64,000 bases of DNA. Origin: Octopus vulgaris (taxonomy: Eukaryota). The position numbers and the translations under genes are program-made. The DNA lies in assembly GCA_951406725.2 (NCBI GenBank), contig OX597817.1, forward strand, positions 138,074,001-138,138,000, written 5' to 3'. Shown piece by piece: positions 1-13,825 of the stretch (position 1 is its first letter; each line of letters begins with the position of its first letter). The notes under the pieces are model-generated. The model did no database searches. It was not told the origin of the DNA and saw only the letters and a list, made by a program, of their open reading frames with translations.

Positions 1-189
1 TATAGTGCATAGAGCTGTACTTTGTAGAGTACCTGGATACAGGGAGGGAGAAGAGAGACAAACAGTGATGCAGGCAGACAGAGAGATGAGTTTGTGCCGG
101 ACGGTAGCATTGAAATACCATATGAAGAGGAATCCTTCAAGGCTGTCCAAACGAAACAAATAGTTAAGGGACTCCTCTGATGTTACCCC

Positions 190-400
190 AAATTGGCGGG
201 CCTCTATGAAGTCGCTCTTCCAGCTAGAAATAGCAGACAGATCTCCCTGAAATAACACTCAACTTTCGTTAAGTAGGGAGGACACATTGACTGATGTATT
301 TCTGATTAAAAAAATAAGATGGTCAACGGTCGAAACATCTTTAATTAGTGGATCTGCTAATGAGGATTAATTTATGCGGTAATTACTCAACAACAACAAT
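190..400 (+). repeat. Degenerate dispersed repeat (family D, probable retroposon 3' part)
   Basis: CTAGAAATAGCAG...ATCTCCCTGAAATAACAC...AAGATGGTCA...CAACAACAAC. Related reverse copies at ~1955-2023, ~18660-18870 and ~49500-49570, and a forward copy at ~43260-43400. Confidence 0.5.
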
Positions 401-824
401 AAACAAACAAATACGTTGAGAGGTAAATAGAAATAATACCTCAGGTGACAGTAAGTTTGGTGACAATGAAATTAAATACAAACTGTACCACAGTTACGTA
501 ACTCTGAAGTTAAAAGAAGACTGAGCCAAACGCTGGTCCCTATAGTGACGTCATTCTAAAGTTATGGAAGACTACTTTCTACGTCATTCTCTACGGTTCT
601 GTCTACAACATTCACACCACGGAGGTTGGGGAGGAAAACTATACACTTGTCTAGAAATGCACTCAAACATTCGAATAGAGACACATGGCTGCATTCATAC
701 ACACATACATACTTCTACACCAACAGACACCGTTTTATCCTTTACACATACAACTATTGCACAATCATTTACATGGACACATAGACACACAACTCATTTG
801 CAAACATAGCTCCGCACGCGTAGA

Positions 825-929
825 CACACACACACACATACATATATATACATACACATATATGTATGTATATGTATATATATGATTATATATATATACA
901 TATTTGTGCATATATATAAGCATACACAG

Positions 930-984
<55 letters not shown>

Positions 985-1137
985 CATACATACATACCTC
1001 CACACACATATATACACACACGCACACATATATATATATTTATACATACATACATACATACATACATACATACATACATACATACATACATACATACATA
1101 CATACATACATACATGCATACATACATACATACATAT
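825..1137. repeat. Compound (CA)/(TA)/(TACA) microsatellite
   Basis: Direct reading; explains the overlapping YIYI/HTYI ORFs. Confidence 0.97.
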
Positions 1138-1504
1138 AGTTAATTAAGTTACGTAAGCCACATATGTTTCAAAAAAACAGAACTTGTGAAAATATAATTT
1201 ACTCGAACAACAAAAGGTTGTTTTTGTTTATGTTTTTTTTTTGTTTTTTTTTTTGTTATCCGAACGACGTGTGTTTCCACTTGTAGCTTCAAGTTTTATG
1301 TACGGCTATGTGATTAGATACCAAAGTATGTGTATGTATGTCTATATATCTGTATATTTTCATGTGCCATATCTGTAGATAGGTATGATGCGGTACGAGT
1401 GATGTGTGTACGCTTGTGAATTGAGATGCATATCTATTTGAAGACATATTGTGGTATTTGTGTGTATTTGTATGTATTTGCTCCTCTCTCTCTTTCTTTC
1501 TATC

Positions 1505-1563
<59 letters not shown>

Positions 1564-1684
1564 GCGTGGTATGGTGTTTGTTTGCTGTACACTATGTTTT
1601 TTGTGTATGCATATCTGCGTGTACGTACGCACGTCATTACACTTTGTGCCAGATGTAAGGCGATTTCGTCTGGTTTAGGTAATA

Positions 1685-1745
1685 CAGACAGACAGGCAGG
1701 CATGCAGACAGACAGACAGACAGACAAACAGATAGATAGATAGAC

Positions 1746-1804
<59 letters not shown>

Positions 1805-1806
1805 CA
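1685..1806. repeat. (CAGA)n/(TAGA)n microsatellite
   Basis: Direct reading. Confidence 0.97.
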
Positions 1807-2478
1807 AAAGCTGCAAGTACGATATAACAACGATGTATTATTATTATTATTTTTGCTTTGTTTTGTTTTGTTTGTTTGTTGTTTTTTTTTTGGGGGGGGG
1901 GGTGCAGGAGGAATAATCTTCAAAATTGTTTCCATTATATCACAGCTTATTTCCTGTTGTTTAGCCCCGACTCAACTCTGATTTCGTGTTCTATGATTAA
2001 AGCCGATCAGCAGTGACCATCCCTTATTAAGAAGTTTTGAACGTTGCATGTATATATTCGTGTGTGCTAGTGTCTATGTGTGTATGTGTGTATTATGTGT
2101 TAATGTATAAAGATAATAATTTAAATGAAGGAAGGGGACGCCAAATTAACTTTACAATTGTTTCGGCAAACAGACGATACCGTTTATTCCACATCTCATA
2201 CAATGTTATGTAATAAAGGCATAACATGTGGATATATGTAATACTATTCTTATAGTCCTTTCATTTCTTGAGATGACATGGTTTCAAGGCAGGATCGAAT
2301 ACATGAATGTTTTGGGATATGCTTATTTGGACGTGTTTACAATATGTAAATGGGGCGAACACTTAAAGCTTTCACGTGATATCACCTGTGAGATTTAAGA
2401 CAATTAATCATAATGAAATGTATAGAAATATATTACGATAAAGTCAAATTAAAGTCGGCCCGAAGTTATCATATAGAT

Positions 2479-2535
2479 CAGTGGTTCCCAATCTGGGACC
2501 TGGGGTCCGCAAACGTAGTACTGGGGGTCCGTGTA
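2479..2535 (+). mobile_element. hAT-type MITE terminal fragment
   Basis: Starts CAGTGGTTCCCAA followed by repeated GGGGTCCG subterminal motifs, typical of hAT/Charlie-like MITE ends. No partner end found. Confidence 0.45.
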
Positions 2536-2566
2536 CTTAATTCAAAATACATTTATATGTATGTGT

Positions 2567-2629
<63 letters not shown>

Positions 2630-2676
2630 CATATATATATATAAATATATACACATATATATATATATATATATAT

Positions 2677-3325
2677 ATACACAACTATGAGAGAGAATCC
2701 ACTATGTGGACGCTCTTACGTTAGATATAGATCCTCAAAGGGACTCAACCACTAAGAATTGTTCTCAAGGAATAATTCAACACACCAAGAATGTAAGCGA
2801 GCAGGACAAATGAAAAATAACGAAAATATAGATTAACCCATACAATTGTTTCACCGTTAATAAATTATGTAATTTTACTTACATAAATATCCTCGGATCA
2901 TCAGTGGAGTACGTCATAAAATATAATTTGAGGAACTGCACGCCATATATTTACACGAGGTCAGAGAGACGAACAGTTCGGCCGATTATATTCACAGTTA
3001 CATTCAAATGCTCTCGTTCTGGCGCGCTAAATTCCCGGAAATAAATACTGCATAAGTAATTTACTGCAGTAGTTTACGCCGGTTTGAGAACATATAAATT
3101 TATAATTAAAGTAAAAATGAGGGTGAAAAAATTGGATATTAATTTAATAACATCAATTTAAACACCAGTGGCCTAGCGTATAAAAGACTGAGATTCAGTA
3201 AATATTATTAATACACAACTATGAGAGAGAATCCACTATGTGGACGCTCTTACGCTAGATATAAATCCACAAAGGGACTCAACCACTAAGAATTGTTCGC
3301 AAGGAATAATTCAACTCACCAAGAA
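2677..3325 (-). mobile_element. Non-coding 1.2-mer element with 115-bp direct repeats (PLE pLTR / retrozyme-like)
   Basis: 2677-2791 repeats at 3211-3325 (period 534, 5 mismatches). Flanked by (TA)n. Contains a hammerhead motif on the - strand. Confidence 0.8.
2835..2910 (-). ncRNA. Minimal type I hammerhead ribozyme motif with extended stem II
   Basis: - strand: ACUCCA CUGAUGA UCCG...UUAUGUAA-GUAAAA-UUACAUAA...CGGU GAAAC AAUU GUA UGGGUU. Intact core, stem I (U)CCA/UGG(G), palindromic stem III ACAAUUGU, GUA triplet. Confidence 0.8.
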
Positions 3326-3428
3326 CTTTAATTATATATATATATGTGTGTGTGTGTGTGTGCGTGTATTTACAAATATACATACATATATGTGTGTGTG
3401 TGTGTGTGTGTATGTATATATATATATG

Positions 3429-3480
<52 letters not shown>

Positions 3481-3482
3481 GA

Positions 3483-3629
3483 TGCAGGAGTGGATGTGTG
3501 GTAAGTAGCTTGCTTACCAACTACATGGCTCCGGGTTCAGTCCCACTGCGTGGCACATTCTACTATAACCTCGGGCCGACCAAAGCCTTGTCAGTGGATT
3601 TGGTAGACAGAAACTGAAAGAAGCCCGGC

Positions 3630-3689
<60 letters not shown>

Positions 3690-3875
3690 GTATATATATA
3701 TATATAATGTATGTATGTATATATATATATATGCTTATGTTTGTGTGTGTGTCTGTGCCCCACCATTACTTGATAACTGATGTTGGTGTGGTTACGTCTC
3801 CGTAGCTTACCAGTGCGATAGAATAAGTAGTAGCCTTACAAAGAATAAGTCCTGGGATCGATTTGTTCCACTACA
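3483..3875 (+). mobile_element. tRNA-derived SINE family B with internal microsatellite
   Basis: A-box-like TGGATGTGTGG and B-box-like GGTTCAGTCCC. Body GGATTTTGGTAGACAGAAACTGAAAGAAGCCC and tail GAATAAGTCCTGGG recur at 29772-30062 and 11520-11680. Confidence 0.8.
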
Positions 3876-3918
3876 AACTGAAACAAGAAAAGAATAAAAG
3901 AATATGTATATGTATATG

Positions 3919-4001
<83 letters not shown>

Positions 4002-4004
4002 AAA

Positions 4005-5200
4005 AAGAGTGAAAAACTACTGAAGGCTTGTGTCATATGGTTAAAGAATATATTTAAGTCGTTATGTTAGAAATATGTTATAAAATTTTGTGTATAGTAA
4101 CATAGTTTTTGTAGAAATAACTGGTTTCGTATTTTCTTTTCAAATTTCTTAAATTTCTTTACCTACATCGTGTCATGTCTTCGTTATGTTGGGAAATATG
4201 GTGTTCCATGCAGGGGAAGGTAATCAGGGATTTCTTCCGGTATAAGGGAGATAATCGCTTTATATTTTATTTCAATGAGATGTGTTTCCTTGTTTAAAAA
4301 TGTTAGAAATGGTTCAGTTTTGGCTTATATTTTTCAATGAAGAATGTTCCAATATCACATTGATAGAATGGAAAGATTATAAATTGTGGTAGTAGTTGCT
4401 TTGCGCATTTCTCAATATGTTCACTAAAGGGTGTCATTCTGTATTCTGAGAATGCAATCTGTTGTCGATGCAGAGTGCATCTGCGTCTGAGCGATAATCC
4501 CGTGGATCCTATGTTGTTTTGGTGGCAACCTAATATATATGACATATATTAGGTTTTCTGAAGCACAAGTAAAATTAGATTTGATCTTGAATTTGTGTCC
4601 CTTTTTGAAGAGGAATTCTGATCCTTTTAGAAGGTTTGGACATGTTGCGCAGTTTGGTCTACCACATTTTTTTACTTTTGCATCCGTTATTTCAGAAAAC
4701 AATTTTGCCTTTGTGAGGATCTTTTTAGTGATTTAGGTTGTTTGTAGCTTTTAATGATTTTATGTATGTTTAAAATTTCCTTTAATTTGGGGTCCTTATG
4801 AAGCATTGGTAAATTCTGGGTGATGATGGGGAAGGCTTCTTTGTTTCTGGGGTTGTATGTGGATATGTACGGCAGTATTTTCGGGGAAGATGTGTTGCTG
4901 TGTTGAACTTTCCTTAAAGTTTCTATGTCGATTTCTGTTGCACGTCTGATTCCATGCTCTATGAGTTGAACTGCGTAGTGTCTGTTAATTAGGGTGTTTT
5001 TTGAGTTCTTGTAGTCTAAAGTTCCTGGTATTTTGTTCTGACACTATTGTGTATATCCTTCTTGCAAGGTTGAAAGGGACGTTTGTTTTAGTGTGTCTTG
5101 GGTGGCATGAATCAAAAAGTAGGTATTGTTTGGTGTCTGTGGTTTTGTAAAATATGTCTGTTTCTATTTTTAGGTTAATTTTTTAAATTAGTATATCTAA
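4005..5200 (-). mobile_element. Penelope-like retroelement, 3' half (RT thumb + GIY-YIG endonuclease), frameshifted
   Basis: - strand peptides IETDIFYKTTDTKQYLLFDSCHPRHTK, KKCGRPNCATC...FTCASENLIYVI and GCHQNNIGSTGLSLRRRCTLHRQQI...FSEHIEKC. Confidence 0.88.
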
Positions 5201-5418
5201 GAATGGAAGCTCCTTTTGGCTGTACTCTATTGTGAACTGTATGTTTGGGTTGACGCTGTTCAATAGGTTTTTGAAGAGAGGATGGAATCAAACGTGCAAC
5301 AGAAATCGACATAAAAGAGTTGTTCTGGGTATCCTTGAATCCTTCATCCTGACCAGATGACCACTCCATCTGAGCCTTTGCTCATATACATACATACATA
5401 CATACATACATACATACA

Positions 5419-5453
<35 letters not shown>

Positions 5454-5454
<1 letters not shown>

Positions 5455-6337
5455 GGGTGCGGTGAATAAACTGTCGTTTAAATTACGCAAAAATGAAAAT
5501 AAAAGACATCTCATTTTAAAAGATATATTTACCAAAATTACATAAAAATATCCTGAAATACTAAAGAGTAAATTTATTCATTAAATCGCCATTGGCTCCA
5601 ACCACAGCCTCTGGACAACTTCGGAATCTCTTGCAACTCTTCTTGGCTATCTCCTTGTTTAAGTTGGTGAATGCTACCATAATCCTTGCCTTCACCTCAT
5701 CTTTGGTGTTACAAGAAGTTTTGTTGGTCTCTCGCTCAGCTGCGTCGCACACATAATAATCAAAGGGGGTTGCGGTGTGTTGGCCAGATGTTAGGGGTGA
5801 TGTGGTTGCAGAAAGTATCAGACAGCCATGACTGAGTTCTCCTGCTTGTGTGGAATGGTGCTGAATTCTGTTGCCAGATATAAGGTCTTCCTGCAGCCAC
5901 CCTCTTGACTCAGGGCAGAACTATCTCTTCTAGACATGTGATGAAGGCCTCCGTGTTGAATCTGAAGCCGTGTAGGAAAATGAATGGAGACATAACTTCA
6001 CCATCACTTGTGATCACTTCAAACGCCATGATGTTAACTAAATGTTTGATTTTTATCACTCTTGGTACATGTCCTCAGACTGTACTGTCCTTCGACTGAC
6101 ACTCAAACACTCTGAAATTTTCGTATCAGAGCTTCCAGTGCGAATGCCAAGTAGTATAGCATGTCGTTTCCAAATTTCTGGCAGATTAAATTGCGTCATG
6201 GCGGTGTATTTCTCACAGACGGTGCCCAACTGACCCTACTATACTGTATATAGTAGGGTCAGTAGGGTCATAAACAAACAATGCACATGCGAGAAAATAA
6301 AAAAATATAAAACGCTGACAATTTACCCATCGCACCG
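5454..6337 (-). mobile_element. Tc1/mariner-superfamily transposon, internally deleted
   Basis: Imperfect TIRs GGTGCGGTGAATAAACTGTC (from 5456) and GACAATTTACCCATCGCACC (6317-6336). Decayed transposase QQNSAPFHTS...IWPTHRNP(fs)DYYVCDAAERETN, a WPPxSPDxNPxD-like motif. Confidence 0.8.
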
Positions 6338-6348
6338 ATTTTTCTCTG

Positions 6349-6353
<5 letters not shown>

Positions 6354-6398
<45 letters not shown>

Positions 6399-6472
6399 CA
6401 CACATCCATCCATCCATCCATCCATCCATCCATACATACATACATACATACATACATACATACATACATACA

Positions 6473-6503
<31 letters not shown>

Positions 6504-6570
6504 GCATATATATACATATATAAATATGCGTGTGTGTATGTGCATGTATTTGTGTATGTGTGTGTGTTGT
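6354..6570. repeat. (TA)/(CATC)/(TACA) compound microsatellite
   Basis: Direct reading. Confidence 0.95.
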
Positions 6571-7184
6571 GAGTAGTAGTGGTGAAGACTGTTAAAGATG
6601 TATTAGCTTAGGTTTATAGTTGTGGTTATGCCGGTTGGTATGTTGGTTACGTTGATGGCGGTTAAGACGGTAATTTTATTAATGAGACGTCTTGTCTGTG
6701 GTGGTGGGCAGGAGGTGTGCCAGATTAACACCTAATTTCCAAATTTCACGCCCGGCGACCAACGTCAGTGGATTAATGACCACCGCTCAGATGAATTTTG
6801 CACGAAATCCTTTGACACCTTCACAACATCTTCACAATCCATACAAACATTATGGCCAGCACGATAAGCAAACAGTCGTTCATGTCTGTGATTATTTTAT
6901 GATTTTTCTTTTACTTAAGCGAACAACCCAGAATGTCGTTGCTGTTGTTGATGATGATAATGATGATGATGATGATGATGATTGTTGTGATTATTTTCAA
7001 AGGAATCACGTTTATCAAACATGTCGGCTAGGGAAGCCAACTTTTCAGACTCGTTCAGTAAACAAACACACGTGCAAGCTTACGCCCAAATAGATAATGA
7101 CACACACTAGCACACAACACACTCGCTTACAAATGCACACACGCACACACAAACACACACACACGTCTGAGTGTGTGTGTGTAT

Positions 7185-7282
<98 letters not shown>

Positions 7283-7519
7283 AACAGCAACTCCCGAAAC
7301 TAGAAACTTTAAGTATTCCCCGAGGCCAGAATTAGAATCACTATGAAGGACAATCACGCAATACCCATCTTCTATGTCATACAATATGCAAGAAGACCAC
7401 CGTTAAGCAAGAAACCAAGACCACGTAAACAGATTAAGCGCTGCCAGAATGAAAGACTGCGAAGAAAAAGAGAACACGGAATATAAAAAGTTTACAAACA
7501 ACAAGCACATCAAACATAT

Positions 7520-8830
7520 ACTTCCATCATCGACTGCTCATGTTGGAAATGTGGTGACGCTAGATGGGCTTCCATATGGAGTACATGACCCCAGTTGCCA
7601 GACCACATCCGTGGTTGATCTCCGGGGTCAGGTTTCCATTGCTGATGACTGTGGAGCCCAGGAAGATGAAGGAGCTGACAAACCCAACGACGTCGAAGCC
7701 AATATGGAGAGGGGGAGAGTTCGGATCTTCTCCAACATGTATCAGTCTCCTCTTCGCCCGACTCACCTGAAAGCATAGATTTACCGATTCTTCTCTGTAA
7801 ATGGTTAGTGCGTCCCTGAGCTGATTGATCGAGTTGTTGAATAGAGTGGTATTGGCCGTATACTCCAGGAAGGTAAGGTAGTAGTCCCCTAAGGTAACAC
7901 CAGAGATCACTCACAGATCTTGGTCATCCGATAATCGAGGGTACAGCCGAAGAGGTCAGGGGTGGCCATGCAGCCGTATCTGGCCCTGTTGTTGATGAAG
8001 AACCAGTCAGATTCCTTCCCGTTCACCCGCATGCAGCTCTCGGCACTGCTCTAGAGCCGTTGGAACAGGGTGCTCTTGGGAAGTGCACCGACAAGCTTGA
8101 AAACTTTCCTGGGGGCTGCGTAGACACCGTGTCAAAACCGCCTTAGGTCGACAAAGGCAAGAAAGAGGTGGCTATCTTTTCGGAACTCCTGTGATGTTTC
8201 AATAATGAGACGGAAAGCAAGAATATTGTCGGCGGCAGATCAATTTAGCATGAATCTAATGGCAGGAAAAGCAGAGTTGTGAAGGGTCCTGGTGAAGAAC
8301 TTGCCCTGTGGTTACGGCAGATGAAATTGTCGCCCCTCCGTTTCCAGAAGAGGAGGATAATGCCCCGGGCCCAGTCATTTGGGAGTCGCTCTGACACCCA
8401 TACGTGGCTGATGATGCAAGTGTGCCACAACAACGACATCTCAGTTGTTGACCTGGAGAAGTTCTGGCTGGAAGAAGCCGAGAGCCTGGTGCCAGCGGCG
8501 ACGAATAACATCAACCAGGTACTCCACATGCTTCGCAGAGATTGTGCCGGTCCCCACTTCAAGACAGCCTTCGTGAAGGATACGTTCCGAGTTCAAATTC
8601 CGCCGAGGTGGACTTTGCCTTTCATCCTTTCGGGGTCGATAAATTAAGTACCAGTTACGCACTGTGGTCGATGTAACCGACTTAATCCGTTTGTCTGTCC
8701 TTGTTTGTCCTCTCTGTGTTTAGCCCCTTGTGGGTAGTAAAGAAATAGGTTAGTTGTCACCAAGGAAACCATCTGCTTCAAACGCTAGAAGGAGCCCTTC
8801 AGCCTTCTTCATTATCACCCACCTAATCCA
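7520..8830 (-). mobile_element. RTE-clade LINE reverse-transcriptase remnant, interrupted by a SINE
   Basis: - strand peptides PNDWARGIILLFWKRRGDNFICRNHR, LEYTANTTLF (decayed YADD region) and VSSFIFLGSTVISNGNLTPEI. Many stops and frameshifts. Confidence 0.8.
8578..8750 (+). mobile_element. SINE family A, 5'-truncated, tail type 1
   Basis: GTTCAAATTCCGCCGAGGTGGACTTTGCCTTTCATCCTTTCGGGGTCGATAAATTAAGTACCAG...AGCCCCTTGTGGGTAGTAAAGAAA; near-identical to the 3' part of 60202-60432. Confidence 0.9.
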
Positions 8831-9002
8831 TCATCATGTAGGATATAAAATATACTATTTATAAATATTTTCCGTACAAGTGTGAGCGTAAGCGTGTGTA
8901 TGTGTACTTATATGTCTGGCTAGAGACTCAGATATGATAGGCATGTACAAGCGTGTTTGTAAATGTGCATCACTACATAATAACCTTATCTACCGTAGGT
9001 AC

Positions 9003-9198
9003 ATGGCAAGGAATTGTTGGGAAGGTAAACAATCGATTACATCGACCCCAAAGCTCAAATGGTGCTTATTTTAACGATCCCGAAAGAATGAAAAGCAAAG
9101 TCGACCTCGGCGGAATTTGAACTCAGAACGTAAAGACGGACAAAATGCCGCTAAGTATTTTGTCCAGTACGGAAGTGATTCAGCCAGAGTGTCGCTTT
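9003..9198 (-). mobile_element. SINE family A, diverged copy
   Basis: Contains AAAGTCGACCTCGGCGGAATTTGAACTCAGAACG, the reverse complement of the family core. Confidence 0.85.
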
Positions 9199-9216
9199 CT
9201 CCCACTTTATAATTAA

Positions 9217-9611
9217 CTAGCAGTATCGCCCGGCGTTGCTCGGGTTTGTAAGGGAAATAACTATATAAGCATTTTTAGAGAGTTATAGCCAAAAAATAGC
9301 AAAAAATGCATTAAAAATGGAAAAAAAATGATGACAAATTTTTTTTTAAATCGTTGACTCATCGTAGACATTTTTAGAGAGTTACTTCCCTTATATAATA
9401 GCGAAAAATGCATTAAAATTGAAAAAATGATGGTAAATTGTTTTTAAAATCGTAGACTCGTCGTAGACGCGCGCTAATACCCAGAAAGGCTCGATATGAA
9501 TCACGACTATAAGATACCCGGTTTTGGTTAAACTGCACCTCAAAATGTGGGAGTAGTTAGGAATCTAAATCGTAGGAAACAGACACACAACTTCACTTTT
9601 ATATATAAAGA
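9217..9611 (-). mobile_element. Non-autonomous Helitron
   Basis: - strand begins TC(TTTATATAT) and ends with hairpin CCCGAGCAACGCCGGG plus CTAG. Inserted between A and T. Second copy at 27885-28274. Confidence 0.88.
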
Positions 9612-9814
9612 TGAGCGAAAGAGACGCTGCTTAGTTCGTTGGTTGTTTGATTAATTATCTCCCTTGTCGTTCTTTACAAGAAACGTCATTAACACTCATG
9701 AATTTTGTTCTCTTTACCGTCGCAGTTTCAGTTGGCTAAATATTATTCTACACTGAATACATTAGGTTTATTTACCAGCGTTTCAATATATAAATATACG
9801 CAAAACCAACCTAC

Positions 9815-10400
<586 letters not shown>

Positions 10401-10736
10401 TATCGCGTGTAATTGTATAGGACTTTAGTTCTTTGCACAGAATATATTTATAATTATTTTCCATTCTTAATACCGAACAATTTCAAACAACAACATTTTT
10501 ATGTTTATTTAGATTCAAACACCAGAATACATTTTTCCCCAATCAAAGTCTTCTGTTTGTTCTTTGTAGTAACGAAACACAGTGTTGCTTTGAAACCGTT
10601 CGAACTGATGAATTTGACAGTAGCTGCTTGAATATCTCGTCTAGGTACGCATCTATCTGTCTGTCTGCCTCTCTCTCTCTCTCTCCGTCTCTCTCTCTCT
10701 CCGTCTCTCTCTCCCTTTCTCTCTTTCTCACTGTAT

Positions 10737-10877
<141 letters not shown>

Positions 10878-11274
10878 ATATATATATATATATATATATA
10901 TTTACTCATATCAAAGGGAAATGGAAATTAATTAAAATTTCCATTTCCAGTGGTCTAACGTGTAAAAATTTAGTCTAAAAGACTATATATTAGTCATACG
11001 ATATAGAGTATACTTAAACACATGAGGAATCCACTCATAGGAATTCAACACGCTAGAAAGAACAGCTAGGTTCTATAACCACAAAATTTGGGATAAAATT
11101 CGACAGGAACGAAATGAAAAATAAAAACATTTTACCATCTAGTTTCCTGGACCAATTGGTTTCTGATTTTAGTTTAGCGAATATATCTGCAATGATCGCG
11201 TTGATATGTTCAACAACAACCTGTTTTTTTTTTTCTTTAAACAAATTATAATTCTATCTTTCACTCTCTCCCCT

Positions 11275-11317
<43 letters not shown>

Positions 11318-11519
11318 CTTCTCTCTCAACAACAACAGCCTGTCATTATAGTGAAAGTTCTTTTTAAAGTCTGTGTTGCGTTATCTACATGTTGAAAGAT
11401 ATAGAGTAACACGCACACAGGCAAACACGGTGACAACACTACCTACCCATCTATCTTTTTTATCTTTCACTCTCTCACTCTCTCAGTCTCTCTCCTCTAT
11501 CGTTCACTGTATTTCTCTC

Positions 11520-11680
11520 TCAAATAGATGTTGTGACGGAGAGACAGACGAAATTCTCTTTAATAATATAAGTACCAGGCTTTAAGAAAAATAACAAGGA
11601 ATGGGGTCGATTTGTTCGACTAAAATTCTTCAAGGCGGTTCCCCAGTATAGCCGCCGTCTTATGACTAAAACAAGTCAAT
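11520..11680 (+). mobile_element. SINE family B 3' fragment
   Basis: ATAAGTACCAGGCTT...GGGGTCGATTTGTTCGACTAA...GGCGGTTCCCCAGTATAGCCGC...TGACTAAAAC. Confidence 0.7.
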
Positions 11681-11703
11681 GATAAACGATATATGTATAA
11701 TCT

Positions 11704-12018
<315 letters not shown>

Positions 12019-12777
12019 TTTGCGACAAGTAAGCACAATTAAGAAAGAAAAACTTGGCAACAATTTGAAGAGATTTGCTGATTGTTATTGCCACTTTCAC
12101 ACAAATACGAAGAAAATGTTTTAATTAATCTTCCCCGTCTCAGATAATTTTCAATAAAATATCAGCAGATCTTTAAGGATTCAAATAGTACAAGTGAATT
12201 GCCTGGCTTCTTTGTGTGTTTTCTTTTGTAAGTCTTTTCTTAAAACATGAATTGTTGCTCAGGTTTTGAAATATTACAATTGTTCCGCTGTTGTTTTCGC
12301 TTTCAATTCGATGTTGTTAAAATTTGCATGGAGCATTGTGTAGAATTGATTCTCATCAAATGAATTCGTATACTCCCATTTTGATGAATCCATCTTGAAA
12401 AATTTAAGCGGCAGAATCATGAATATCGACAATAACATTGTGTAACCACCACAAAAAGAAAAAAATATATAATTACTACAAACAAAATTAATTTGATTTT
12501 ACTGAAATCATATAATGTAAATGACCATGTTTCAAATATTATTTTTTTTTGAAAAGCAAAATGTCTTCGATGCTGATAAAATTACTCTTACAGCATTTCT
12601 TACTTTTTTTTCGTGTGACTGATGGTTGTTCTCTACCTAATGGACCTTCTCAACAAAATGGCAATTTAATTCTACTACCGAACTGTAGACGTAAGATTAT
12701 TGACTCTCTTCTTATTCAGACTTTCCTAAATTCGATTAGATGAAGAATCGTTATTAAATAATGCAGAACAAACTGCA

Positions 12778-12815
<38 letters not shown>

Positions 12816-13734
12816 AATCTACCTTTGATCAATATCGCCAGGCCTAACCGAGGAAGTAAAAATTCGCAGCGCAGTAAAGTTTTCTCCTTAATTCTTTCTT
12901 TCTGGAAGTCAAATCGTTGTCGAACAACGAAGTCTTCTGCGCCACTATTTTTGTTTGTTTACTTTTCTTTCTTACCCTTTTATTTTCTTTATTTTCTACA
13001 TACTTTTACTCGATATCTGATTAACCATTTGTCTTCGAGTAGACCCTGGAGATCCATATATCGTCACAGACTTCTACACATGTATTATAAATGAATCGCT
13101 TACATAATTTTCTTGTATATCGATTTGTTAACAACCGGCACCACCTGGTCTAACGATTCTCTATAAGAAGGAAAGAAGGAAGTTGGTCTCAGCTCTCCCA
13201 GCAAATAGCGCCATTCTCTTTCTGGCATACACTGAGGTACATGTGTGCGTATGTGATATGTTTCCTTTCACGTGTATATGCATGTATGAAGTTATGTATG
13301 CATGCATGCCTGTAATACTGAGTTTTTAATAACGCAGAAATGGAAAAAAATAAGATTATTCAATACAAATGAAAGTCCTGTAAAATGTACAGAGTCTGAA
13401 ATATATTGCCCAGATGTATATGTGTGCGTGGTCGAGGGGATAAGGTGGATAGGCTCTCACAATCGCTTGAGCACGACACTTCGTTTCAAATTGCTCTGAA
13501 AATGGGACAGAGACAGAACCTGCAGGCATGCCTTACAGTATATCTTCCAGTTCTCTGCATTCTGTGTTCAAAACCCACCTGGTCTACCTAACGGCTGTAG
13601 AGGAGGGCACGGGCCTTTCTAGGTTGTATAGAGGGTAGTGGGGAAGGTTCACATGCATAAGACTTGCCCAAGGACAGACTGCCACTGGACTAGTCCATGT
13701 GTGTGTGTGTGTGAAGATGCATAGATAGATAGAT

Positions 13735-13825
<91 letters not shown>

